NCBI GenBank assembly: GCA_003228495.1
Contig: QIDY01000052.1
Coordinates: 1-43,166 of the forward strand
Reading direction: 5' to 3'
From: Nitrospirota bacterium
GTDB lineage: Bacteria > Nitrospirota > Nitrospiria > Nitrospirales > UBA8639
Length of the DNA stretch: 43,166 nt
Part shown: positions 18,813 to 27,129 of the stretch, piece by piece
Layout: each line of letters opens with the position of its first letter
How positions within the stretch are numbered: position 1 is the first letter of the stretch
Notes under the pieces: generated by a model
What the model was told of the DNA's origin: nothing
Database searches by the model: none
The model's input: the letters and a program-made list of their open reading frames with translations, nothing else
Position numbers and translations under genes: made by a program

Positions 18813-19324
18813 GCTTTCAACCCTTCTGGCACCCATCCACGGCTAAACTCTTCGGTGCCCACCACATCCGGGCTCCCCGCGCTGTCATACAACCGAACCA
18901 CTTCTTCTTCTTCCATCCCTAAGTTGGCCATCATCCATTCATCGTCTTTCCCGAACTTGTCTTTCAAGGATCGAACCATATCGGCCATGAGCATAACCCC
19001 ATGAGTTCCCCTGGCCCGGTTGTGGGTAATCGTTGCGGCCATCTGTTTGGCCGTATCTGCTTCGATACTCATAAACACAATCGGCACTTCCCCTTCCGTG
19101 AGGAGAGCCACCACGGGGTCTTGCGCAACGGTCCAGCGGTGGAACCCATCAACGATTTCATAATCACTTCGCACGACAATCGGTTGCGTCCACCCACACA
19201 TAAGGATGCTTTTTTTGAGGAGTTCGAGTTCCAGCGGTGCCACATGATTCGGGTTGTACTTATTCGCGGTCAAGTCTCTCCAATCTACCCATTTCACCTT
19301 ACTGATAGGTTGGGAGCTAATCAT
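18809..19324 (-). CDS. ParB/Srx-like protein (IbrB/YbdM-like)
   Basis: Motif AN.YNPNHVAP.ELELL..SI...GWTQPIVV....IVDGFHRW...TI.HNRARG.H. Confidence 0.9.
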   Translation of the reverse strand: MISSQPISKVKWVDWRDLTANKYNPNHVAPLELELLKKSILMCGWTQPIVVRSDYEIVDGFHRWTVAQDPVVALLTEGEVPIVFMSIEADTAKQMAATITHNRARGTHGVMLMADMVRSLKDKFGKDDEWMMANLGMEEEEVVRLYDSAGSPDVVGTEEFSRGWVPEGLKA

Positions 19325-19596
19325 AGTCTGAGCCTCATAAGTTCTACTTGGCGCTCCGTGGGCAACTGAATAAACCCTCTTCGTGAAATAGAAATTTCAT
19401 TCATCACGTCCTCCAAGTTGCATAGCCGGGCCTCGATTTTACTATTGGCTTCGGCCTTTTTTTTAATGGCTTCCAGTTGGGCTCTCGTCCCGAAGTGTAT
19501 GCTCTTAATGTTCTTGGGAATGTCCTCTGTTAATTTTTTCAGTAAAATTTTCGAATCATTGATTTCCCCAAACGAACCGTCTTGAAATTCTTCCAT
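19321..19596 (-). CDS. Hypothetical protein
   Basis: 91 aa, translationally coupled at both ends. Confidence 0.7.
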   Translation of the reverse strand: MEEFQDGSFGEINDSKILLKKLTEDIPKNIKSIHFGTRAQLEAIKKKAEANSKIEARLCNLEDVMNEISISRRGFIQLPTERQVELMRLRL

Positions 19597-20834
19597 TATT
19601 CATCCTCCTTAGTCCAAGTGTTTTGCTCCTTACGGTAGTTGTCCCATGCCCTGATTGTCTCAGGGTTGTCTTTCTCATGATAACGAAATATTCTCGGCTG
19701 TCTCCGGTTCTTCAAGTCCCCGCGGCTGGCAAGGGACGCGAGCCATTGCCACGATACCCCGGTCATGGGGTGAGGGGATTGCGTCACGATGGGGTCCTTG
19801 GTGAGCTTGTAATGTCGAGTGATCTCCCGTTCCAATCGTTCTGCAACTATCTTGCGACTGTTGCTGGTGTGCCGGTTCATGTAGGAAACCAAAGTCTCCT
19901 TCCAGGTTAAGCCGGGCATCTTGGTCGATTTCATGCCGAACCCATAGAGCGTCGTCTTGGCATACCGGGCCGCGGTCGAAGCCCCCGGAACACGGGCCTG
20001 CATCTTATCCCAAATATCAGGAAAGCATTGAGCGAAGGTCCATAGACCCCGCATGGGCTCCTCACCATACGGGGGAGCGCACCGTTGATCGTTGGGGGAC
20101 ATATCAACTTTGGCCATGTGGTCATACGCCCGGTTGTAATCCCATCCATAGATCTTCGGGGCTGTCCAAACATCATCGGTGGTCCAGTCGTACACCGGAT
20201 AGATTTTCGTCACGTTGTGCCGTTGGAGGCCCTTGTGGGTGGTGTCCGGTGTATAGGGCACCATAAACAAACTCTCCCGGCCCCCACCCCTGAGGAAGAT
20301 CCTCAACCGGGTAATACTCTCTTGCCCACGGATGCCCAGGACAATGCCGGTCTGTCCGTGCTTCTTCGGGTCAAACAGTAACCCCAAGGTGTCAGGGATA
20401 GTGAACCCCTGGCCCGGCTCCGTGGGGAATCCGGGCCACGTCTGTATCGCTTCGGGCGGTAAGGGCCGGACCCATTTCTCTTCCTCTTGTGGATCCCATG
20501 GGAACCAGTATGGGTGCTTCCGTGAGCATCCGTTTCTATGTTTGACCGGGAGGCACAACCACCAAATCTCTACCTGCTCACGGTATCGCTCAACTACACG
20601 GCGTACATATTGTTCGGTTTCAAAGGGGATGGCCTCCTCATCAAAAAAGACCAAAGGGATTTTCTTTTTCCATCCGATATTTTTTGCAACATCCAAGGTC
20701 ACATGGAGGACCGCAGTACTATCCTTTCCTCCACTGAAAGAAACGGCCATGGTGTCAAACAGTTTAAAGGTCTGTTCCATTCGTTCTAACGCGAGAGAAT
20801 AGACATCCTTATTGAGCCAGATTTTTTTGGGCAT
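19596..20834 (-). CDS. PAPS reductase-family PP-loop protein (IbrA/YbdN, DUF3440-like)
   Basis: Motifs SFSGGKDS, FFDEEA, GIRGQES..R, YPVYDWTTDDVW, YNRAYD and QRCAPPYGEEP. Confidence 0.9.
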   Translation of the reverse strand: MPKKIWLNKDVYSLALERMEQTFKLFDTMAVSFSGGKDSTAVLHVTLDVAKNIGWKKKIPLVFFDEEAIPFETEQYVRRVVERYREQVEIWWLCLPVKHRNGCSRKHPYWFPWDPQEEEKWVRPLPPEAIQTWPGFPTEPGQGFTIPDTLGLLFDPKKHGQTGIVLGIRGQESITRLRIFLRGGGRESLFMVPYTPDTTHKGLQRHNVTKIYPVYDWTTDDVWTAPKIYGWDYNRAYDHMAKVDMSPNDQRCAPPYGEEPMRGLWTFAQCFPDIWDKMQARVPGASTAARYAKTTLYGFGMKSTKMPGLTWKETLVSYMNRHTSNSRKIVAERLEREITRHYKLTKDPIVTQSPHPMTGVSWQWLASLASRGDLKNRRQPRIFRYHEKDNPETIRAWDNYRKEQNTWTKEDE

Positions 20835-20835
20835 T

Positions 20836-21549
20836 TTATTGTTCCCGCGTCAAGTGAACGAGCGCGGCGGCGGTGTGGGCGAGTTGGTTGGTTTCAGCGT
20901 AGGCTTGCAGGTACCCGAGAACGGCTTCTCTATCTTCGGCGGTCAAGGCGAAGGTCAACTTCGCCACGTTCTCCCCGGTTGCATCTCCCTGTTCCTTTTC
21001 TTCTCCATCTCCGTTCTCCTCATCCAGGTTGGCGTTCTTGAGGAAACTGACTTCTTCGGCGGTACTCAATAACACGTCGACGTTGAGGTCATTAAACCCG
21101 GAGAATCGGATGTCGTATCCGTGCCCATCAAGCTCAGCCAGGGCGTTCTTTAATCGAGGGATGTCCCACACGCTCAACTCACCCAGCCGATTGTCGGCTA
21201 GCATGTGGGCCATGGCGTCTTGATTGCCTATGTCCCAGGAGATAGCCGGGACGGTGGGGAGGTGCATAGAAACCGCGGCCTTATACCGGCCATGCCCGGC
21301 GATAATTATGCCGGTCTTTTTCTGGAAGAGGATGGGATTGGTGAACCCGAACCGCTTGATATTCTTGACTAGGACCATGATCTCATCATCGGTGTGCTTG
21401 CGGGGGTTCTCTGGGTTGGGAATGAGCTTGCCGATGGGGTGCGCGGTGAAGTGCTTAAATTCCCGCGATAAGACGGTTTCCGGGGTGGCCTTCTTTGCAG
21501 GGGCCTTCTTCTTTTCCTTGGCTTTGGCTTTGGACTTTGGTGCTGTCAT
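20836..21549 (-). CDS. ParB N-terminal-like domain protein
   Basis: Motif LIPNPENPRKH...I.RFGFTNPI....IIAGHGRY.AA...LADNRL.E...WD. Confidence 0.88.
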   Translation of the reverse strand: MTAPKSKAKAKEKKKAPAKKATPETVLSREFKHFTAHPIGKLIPNPENPRKHTDDEIMVLVKNIKRFGFTNPILFQKKTGIIIAGHGRYKAAVSMHLPTVPAISWDIGNQDAMAHMLADNRLGELSVWDIPRLKNALAELDGHGYDIRFSGFNDLNVDVLLSTAEEVSFLKNANLDEENGDGEEKEQGDATGENVAKLTFALTAEDREAVLGYLQAYAETNQLAHTAAALVHLTREQ

Positions 21550-21552
21550 AAA

Positions 21553-22245
21553 TTAACTGGCTCCATGGTTCATCATGAAGGTTCCGTTGAACATCGGATG
21601 GTTGTTCTCACTGGCCCCGCTAGAGCTAAACACATGAACCGGCAAACAGACCAAGGCTTCCTCTTCCGTCTCGAAGTGATGAGGGCACATAGGTTCCAGT
21701 ACCATCGACATTCCCGGCGTCAAGGGAACGCGGCACTCTTTTTTCTCCATGCCCACAATCGCGGCCCCTTTGCCGGAAAGGATATGAACAACTCGAACGG
21801 TGCTGTGGATGTGGTGTGCTTGCTCGGCACTAAATGAGGGGATGCGAAGCAGTTGCACGGTAGGATCTCCGGCCCGTTCCGGTTGGAAGACCTGCTTAGT
21901 ACAACACCCGTTGACATACGGAAGGTTGAACTTCTGACCAATCTCCGCGGACTTCTGGTTAAGCATGTACCCGGTTATCAGGACCCCGAAGTGTGGGGAG
22001 TGTTGCCGGGTATGGGTGGACCCGTTGACCGCGATCATTTGCACCCCACCCCATATAAACTTTTCGAGGTAGAACAATGTGGAGAATGCAGGGATCGGGA
22101 TTTCTTGAGGGCCGAAATATGCTAGGTAGTGGTACAGGTTGGATGGTCGGGCTTCGTACTGTGAGGGGGTAACATTGTCAGGATAAAAAAAGGTCGCTCC
22201 GTATTCTTGCAGTATTGCTTCGTCCGTTAGGGCGTCCAGGTTCAT
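21553..22245 (-). CDS. Cupin-domain protein
   Basis: Motif EQAHHIHSTVRVVHILSGKG...PMCPHHFET; RBS AAGGAG. Confidence 0.8.
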   Translation of the reverse strand: MNLDALTDEAILQEYGATFFYPDNVTPSQYEARPSNLYHYLAYFGPQEIPIPAFSTLFYLEKFIWGGVQMIAVNGSTHTRQHSPHFGVLITGYMLNQKSAEIGQKFNLPYVNGCCTKQVFQPERAGDPTVQLLRIPSFSAEQAHHIHSTVRVVHILSGKGAAIVGMEKKECRVPLTPGMSMVLEPMCPHHFETEEEALVCLPVHVFSSSGASENNHPMFNGTFMMNHGAS

Positions 22246-22261
22246 ACCTTGCTCCTTGATT

Positions 22262-22309
22262 GTGAAGGGAATAATCTCGATAGGCCCGAGTATTATTCCA
22301 GACTTTCAC
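22262..22309. promoter_or_regulatory. Long imperfect inverted repeat upstream of the cupin/ParB/PAPS module
   Basis: GTGAA..GGAATAATCTCG-N7-CGAG(T)ATTATTCC..TTCAC. Confidence 0.5.
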
Positions 22310-22310
22310 C

Positions 22311-22634
22311 TTAGGAACAAGTCTCTAACACCTCATCTGTCTGTTCAAAGTTGCGACAAGCCAAATCCTTCGCACCGATATCGGTCGCATTTCCGTTCGT
22401 CACCGGGTGCATCCCGCACTTGTAATATCGCTTCATGCCCAACCGATAAAAGAGGTGTTCGCAATCAGCGCAATGCTTCCCTTGCGGCCCACGGCCAAGG
22501 TCGACATGGTATGGTTGCCTTCTGGTTGCCCGGCCTTTTTTATCTTTCATCGTCACGCTATCCCGCGAAAGTCGGCCTTGCATTTTCTCTTCAATGTCTT
22601 TGAGGTCAAGGGGCTGTCCGTCGAATAGGCTCAT
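22311..22634 (-). CDS. Cys-rich hypothetical protein
   Basis: Motif CADCEH...YYKC...DI...DLAC..F; RBS GGAGG. Confidence 0.75.
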   Translation of the reverse strand: MSLFDGQPLDLKDIEEKMQGRLSRDSVTMKDKKGRATRRQPYHVDLGRGPQGKHCADCEHLFYRLGMKRYYKCGMHPVTNGNATDIGAKDLACRNFEQTDEVLETCS

Positions 22635-22784
22635 GACGTTCTTCCTCCCATAGAAAAGATCCGCACCACAGACAAAAGGAAAATAAGTCCCCGGTGTAGG
22701 GGACCGGGCTCAACAAAAGGCAACCGTTCAACCTCACCATGTGCTTCTTATACTCCTTGCAGTTGCACGGGAACTGTAACTCAT

Positions 22785-23099
22785 TTATAGCTCTGGCTTA
22801 GTGTGTTGCTGCGTCTCAACGATCGCTTTAAGGGCATTAAAGATCGGCTTGATTTCGTTGGTACTCAGTTGGAGAAAACTTAGCGTCTGAGCATCCGCTT
22901 CCAAGACGAGCATCACACTCGGGCTTCCGTCATTGCACCCATCGGGCTTGATATGAACTTCCTTGACTCGCACTTCCGCGGGAGCATACCTCACCCCACA
23001 GAATTTATTCGCAAAATGGCGAACGTCGATTTGCTCACCTTCCCCCCACAGGAAGAAGGGCCAATAAGCGTTATAGTCATCGAGTGATTGTCGTGGCAT
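22785..23099 (-). CDS. Hypothetical protein
   Basis: 104 aa with RBS AAGGAG. Confidence 0.65.
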   Translation of the reverse strand: MPRQSLDDYNAYWPFFLWGEGEQIDVRHFANKFCGVRYAPAEVRVKEVHIKPDGCNDGSPSVMLVLEADAQTLSFLQLSTNEIKPIFNALKAIVETQQHTKPEL

Positions 23100-23823
23100 A
23101 TAGCTCCTTCACCATGAGCAGCAACTTCTTGAATTTCTCCCACGGCATAGCAAGGATGGCCGACTCAAACATTCCGCGGTATCCCTGCAACTCCGCATCT
23201 AACATCCTTTGATTGTGATCTCTGATGGTCGCTTCGTCTTGCTCATCTTGAATGGCTTGTTCCTCTTGAATGGCTTGCTCCTCTTTCGATACAGTGAAAT
23301 AATCCGTTCCGGGCACCTCCTCCAAGACCGCCTCCACCGGCCAATTCTCAACGGCCTTCTTTGTCCTCTTGGCCCGACCCTTTTGCTTGACCACCCCATG
23401 CGCCGGGGAGTGTCCCGCTACAAACGCATGAGGGCTAAGCTCCTGCGCGGCGATATCCAACTTCCCCCCGCAACCACAAAGACAATGTGAGTATCCCCGC
23501 ACCACCCCGTTCGCCGCGTACATTTCTTTCGCGCTTGCGGTCTGGCTGTGGAAAACAATATTGCTATATCGCAAGTCTTTCTTATCGCCGGTGAATCGAA
23601 CAAGTTCGCTCCTGGTTAATGGCCGGCCAATTCTTGAGGTCATCAAGTACCGGGCGACTGGCTCACGAGTCCCTAGCTCACCGGCTTCATTCACGTATTG
23701 AATATAAGTGTTGGCCCCGGCCCGGATCAGGGTTGACCGATGGGGGAGAAGGTCCATTATTCCATGTTCGAACTGATACCCATCAACCTCAAGGCGCTCC
23801 ATGCTCTTCAAGATTCCGTTCAT
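23077..23823 (-). CDS. Hypothetical protein with degenerate HNH-like region and CxCGCG motif
   Basis: IGRPLTRSELVRFTGDKKDLRYSNI resembles the HNH scaffold but lacks the His residues; CLCGCGG. Confidence 0.6.
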   Translation of the reverse strand: MNGILKSMERLEVDGYQFEHGIMDLLPHRSTLIRAGANTYIQYVNEAGELGTREPVARYLMTSRIGRPLTRSELVRFTGDKKDLRYSNIVFHSQTASAKEMYAANGVVRGYSHCLCGCGGKLDIAAQELSPHAFVAGHSPAHGVVKQKGRAKRTKKAVENWPVEAVLEEVPGTDYFTVSKEEQAIQEEQAIQDEQDEATIRDHNQRMLDAELQGYRGMFESAILAMPWEKFKKLLLMVKELYATTITR

Positions 23824-24053
23824 TACTCCCTCCTCTCATGTATCGGATAAATGGTAGGGGGAAATCCTTCGTCGGCTATGTACTGGTTTAACTCACCGAG
23901 TGTCCCGCGGGGGTTGGCTTTCTCCCATCTCCGCATGGCCCTTGTCCTGTCATCGACATTTTGATTCTCTATCATGTTTCGCACGGCTCGGGCGAAGGAG
24001 TCAATGCTGTATATTGCGTGAATAGGTGGGGTGGGGAAATGGATGTTAGGCAT
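23823..24053 (-). CDS. Hypothetical protein (start uncertain)
   Basis: TAATG coupling to the downstream gene. Confidence 0.5.
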   Translation of the reverse strand: MPNIHFPTPPIHAIYSIDSFARAVRNMIENQNVDDRTRAMRRWEKANPRGTLGELNQYIADEGFPPTIYPIHERRE

Positions 24054-24186
24054 AACAGAAAAGAGCGAGAAGGGGGGCGGAGCGGCCCGATGAAAAACCG
24101 TGCAAGGGGTGAGACTTGCAAGACCCCCCTTCCCACAAAGTAGATAGTTTCCTTGATGGACACTTTCGCGTCAAGGGAAGGTAACA

Positions 24187-24561
24187 CTAACGCTTCCGGG
24201 GCCGCATGGAGAGCGGAAAGTTGTGCCGGAACTTTTGGTCCCCATAGGGATTATTCACTATCTTGCGAATATTCTCCTGCTTAACCCCTTTGCGCTCACG
24301 AACCTCCTCAAGGTGCCCGGCACAATATACCATACTTCCCAAGCAAACCGTCTCCCGGCACTGGCCCAACTGACAGATCCTTTCTCGAACCGGCACCATG
24401 ATCGTCGGGTTGAACTGATACCCGCAATTGAGACACCGGCTTTCCTCACCATCCCACGTATAGAACCCCGAACACTTAGGGCAAAGGTTTGTCTTTGGGC
24501 TTATCTGATTGCTTACCGGGGGAGGTGAAGGTGGACCGAAAAATGTCCTCGGTGTCGGCAT
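24187..24561 (-). CDS. Zinc-finger protein
   Basis: CPKC...CLNCG and CQLGQC...YCAGH; RBS AAGGAG. Confidence 0.7.
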   Translation of the reverse strand: MPTPRTFFGPPSPPPVSNQISPKTNLCPKCSGFYTWDGEESRCLNCGYQFNPTIMVPVRERICQLGQCRETVCLGSMVYCAGHLEEVRERKGVKQENIRKIVNNPYGDQKFRHNFPLSMRPRKR

Positions 24562-24880
24562 GTCTTTTTCTCCTTGACTCTTGTTCGAGCTTCAATAGCC
24601 CTTCCGACAATTTCTTGAACTGACCGTACACTTCCTTGGCCGGGATCAAGCACTCTTCGGTGAATCGCTTAACTCCTTGATCCGCATATTCAACCGCATA
24701 CGACACCTGTTCGCATCCACCATAGCAAACCTCGGTAAAAACTGAGGTGATGATATAGACCTTCGGCACGGCCAAGGCTGAATCCAACCTCCCCACCTCA
24801 ACCGCAATCTGCCAGCGTTCCGTTAGTTCTACTTGGATACTCTTGTGAACAACTGCCTCACCGATTTTGAATTTTGGCAT
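24476..24880 (-). CDS. Hypothetical protein (SH3-like PKFKIGE.V start)
   Basis: RBS AGGAG; the 3' end overlaps the next gene. Confidence 0.65.
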   Translation of the reverse strand: MPKFKIGEAVVHKSIQVELTERWQIAVEVGRLDSALAVPKVYIITSVFTEVCYGGCEQVSYAVEYADQGVKRFTEECLIPAKEVYGQFKKLSEGLLKLEQESRRKRHADTEDIFRSTFTSPGKQSDKPKDKPLP

Positions 24881-24896
24881 CGTACTTCTCCTATGG

Positions 24897-25577
24897 TTAA
24901 AATGTACCCGGCAACCCTAGCGCCTTCGCTTCCTCAAACAGGTTGCCATCTATCGCTCGAATGACCTGCCAATTGTCTTTCTGTGTCGGGAATTCCCGGT
25001 GTAGATTCCACGGGGCATTCCCTTCTTTCTCACCCAACCGGGTTCCGTAGATCTAGGGCGTCTTGACTCCGTGATCCTTGAGGTAGTCCCACACATCTTG
25101 CTCCGACCAAAAGCATAAGGGATGTACAGAGAGAAGGCCCTTAATTGCATAGATGGTACTCCTCACAATATTCTTCGGGCGCTTGCGGCCCGTGATGTAT
25201 CCCTTGAAATAATTTTCCTTGCAGTACCGAACAATTGAGTCACGCTGTCTCATTTGCTGGACCCGGTTCCGCGGCCCTGCGGTTTGAGGGAAGAGAATCG
25301 TTGGATGTTCCTTTAGGTATGTCAAATTGAATCGGTCATAGTAGGTTATCTTGAGGCCTAACAATTCAGCGGTTACGTGAATGTCCTGCCGTTGCTGGTC
25401 AAAGTTCCAACTCCAATCACACATCCCCATAATGATCCCACGTTGCCGGGCCAGCAAGGCAACCGCAATTCCATCCTTGCCCCCGCTGTACGCGAGACAC
25501 AACTCCCCCGGCTCGGCCCTCAGCATCCCTGCATCAAGTATGCGGAAGGCTTGCTCTAGCTTTTCTGTAGTCACCAT
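24897..25577 (-). pseudogene. Second PAPS reductase-family protein, interrupted by one in-frame TAG (25053-25055)
   Basis: Motifs AYSGGKDG, ITGRKR and HPLCFWSEQDVWDYL; the frame stays open 51 aa past the TAG (IYGTRLGEKEGNAPW...) and stops just before the next RBS. Confidence 0.7.
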
Positions 25578-25933
25578 GATTCTTCCCCCCTCTCCATTTC
25601 ATCTTGAGCTTCCCGTTCTCCCTGCACTCGCTTGATTTGGATATACTCTTTCATTTCCGGGTACAGCTGTATAAATTCCCTGGCCAAGTATGCGACGTGA
25701 TGGTCACTGATTCGATACGGGGTGTCTCTGTAGCCTAGAAAATAGGCGTTGAACCGGACGTAGGCGACACACATATCAATGGAAAACCTCCGCTTCCGAG
25801 CCAACATATTCAAGGCAAGATCACGGATCAAGATCCACACGTCACGACTCTCTCCGCGCCATACTAAATATCTTCGATGGTTTTCATTGAGCGGGATACC
25901 GCGGGGCTCATCAAAGAGGTCGGCTTGCTTCAT
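25571..25933 (-). CDS. Hypothetical phage protein
   Basis: 120 aa, RBS AAGGAG. Confidence 0.7.
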   Translation of the reverse strand: MKQADLFDEPRGIPLNENHRRYLVWRGESRDVWILIRDLALNMLARKRRFSIDMCVAYVRFNAYFLGYRDTPYRISDHHVAYLAREFIQLYPEMKEYIQIKRVQGEREAQDEMERGEESW

Positions 25934-25957
25934 CGAATTCTCCTTATGCCCTCTTGA

Positions 25958-26248
25958 TTAACGGCCTGCTAGGGAGGCGTCAATAATATCATTCAGCATT
26001 TTCAGTCGCCATTCCAGGGCGTTCTTTTCCTCTTCAATATTTACTTCGTTCACAAATTCCGGTGAACGTTCCACCACAACCATGCTCTGTTCTTTGTGGC
26101 CATAGACGATCAACCGGGCAAACAGGGCGTACCACTCTGCTTTCGTTCTGACATGCAGGGTAAGAATTCGACTTGTCTCATCTTCCCGGTAAACATCTAC
26201 CGAAAGAACGGCATACGGGTTTTCAATGAAAAGTGTTTCATTCATCAC
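25958..26248 (-). CDS. Hypothetical protein
   Basis: Coupled to the upstream gene; RBS AAGGAG. Confidence 0.6.
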   Translation of the reverse strand: MMNETLFIENPYAVLSVDVYREDETSRILTLHVRTKAEWYALFARLIVYGHKEQSMVVVERSPEFVNEVNIEEEKNALEWRLKMLNDIIDASLAGR

Positions 26249-26772
26249 GGTTTCTCCTTTGATTGAAATAAGGCCAACACCATTCCCACGGGAAGAGGGT
26301 TTTGTGTGCCGGTCACTTCTAACAAGCGGCGATGGTCCCGGTGTCTACTGAATAAAGCAATGACTCCCATTGCGGCCATTTCGGCGTTATGTTTTATCTT
26401 TCGCTCATCGGTCAACTCCTCAAACTTCACACAGGACAAAACCGCGACATTCTTCACCGACGTTCGCCGTATGTGTTCGCGTTTCTTTGGGCTAGTGGCA
26501 AGGATCGCAATGTCAGTCAATCGCCGGATCTGTATCCCTTCCTCGCACTGGAAGACCATCTGCTTTTCTCGTTGCAATTGATCCCGCGCTCGACGGAACG
26601 CGGTGCGCGATTTGCTTTGTAGGTCACGGCCTAACAACTCTGACAACTCTACATAGCTCACCGTCTGGTCCTGAGCTAACAGACTCATTCGCGTTTTCAA
26701 CACTCGCACTTCAATTTCAATTTCCGGTTTACTCTCGAACGGCCTTGGGTGGTGCGGGGTTGGATCATTCAT
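26245..26772 (-). CDS. Basic, winged-HTH-like protein; candidate accessory of the RAMP/array system
   Basis: TVSYVELSELLGRDL...FRRARDQL...VF.C..G..IRRL; RBS AGGAG; start 28 nt after array B. Confidence 0.7.
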   Translation of the reverse strand: MNDPTPHHPRPFESKPEIEIEVRVLKTRMSLLAQDQTVSYVELSELLGRDLQSKSRTAFRRARDQLQREKQMVFQCEEGIQIRRLTDIAILATSPKKREHIRRTSVKNVAVLSCVKFEELTDERKIKHNAEMAAMGVIALFSRHRDHRRLLEVTGTQNPLPVGMVLALFQSKEKP

Positions 26773-26800
26773 CGTGATTTCTCCTGTGCTAATAGGGTTA

Positions 26801-26910
26801 ATGTCTGGCCTTATCCTGTCGCATCAAAGCCCGTTCCATTGAATCGTGTCAAATCATGTCCCATCGAATTCAATGCAATGGAGTCTCGTGGGATCTTGTG
26901 GGGTCTTGTC
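26801..26910 (-). ncRNA. Periodic pentamer array B: 22 GAY-NN units (putative guide RNA)
   Basis: On the + strand NN-RTC: purine at position 3 in 22/22, T at position 4 in 20/22, exact RTC in 13/22; NN variable. Confidence 0.8.
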
Positions 26911-26939
26911 TCGCAAGAAAATAATCACTGAGCGGCAAG

Positions 26940-27124
26940 GAGTCGCATCTAGTCACGTCACGTCCAATCGGATCGGATCAAGTGCGGTGCTGTCCGGCCG
27001 GGTCGTATCGAGTCTCGTCCCATCACGCCTTGTTAAGTGCAATCGGGTCCGGGCTAATAAGGTCAAGTCGTGTCTCATCCCATCAAATCGGAACTGGTCA
27101 TACCGGGGCACGTCTTATCTAGTC
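26940..27124 (-). ncRNA. Periodic pentamer array A: 37 GAY-NN units (putative guide RNA)
   Basis: On the + strand NN-RTC: purine at position 3 in 37/37, exact RTC in 26/37; begins 5 nt after the RAMP gene stop codon. Confidence 0.85.
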
Positions 27125-27129
27125 CGATA

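Noticed and set aside
102-22603. Numerous plus-strand ORFs across the structural region
   Set aside because: They are antisense shadows of well-supported minus-strand genes and carry no motifs.
23077-23823. Active HNH homing endonuclease
   Set aside because: The catalytic His residues of the HNH motif are not present.
26801-27124. Classical CRISPR array or simple microsatellite
   Set aside because: There are no 23-50-nt direct repeats with spacers, and the units are not copies of each other: two of every five bases vary freely.
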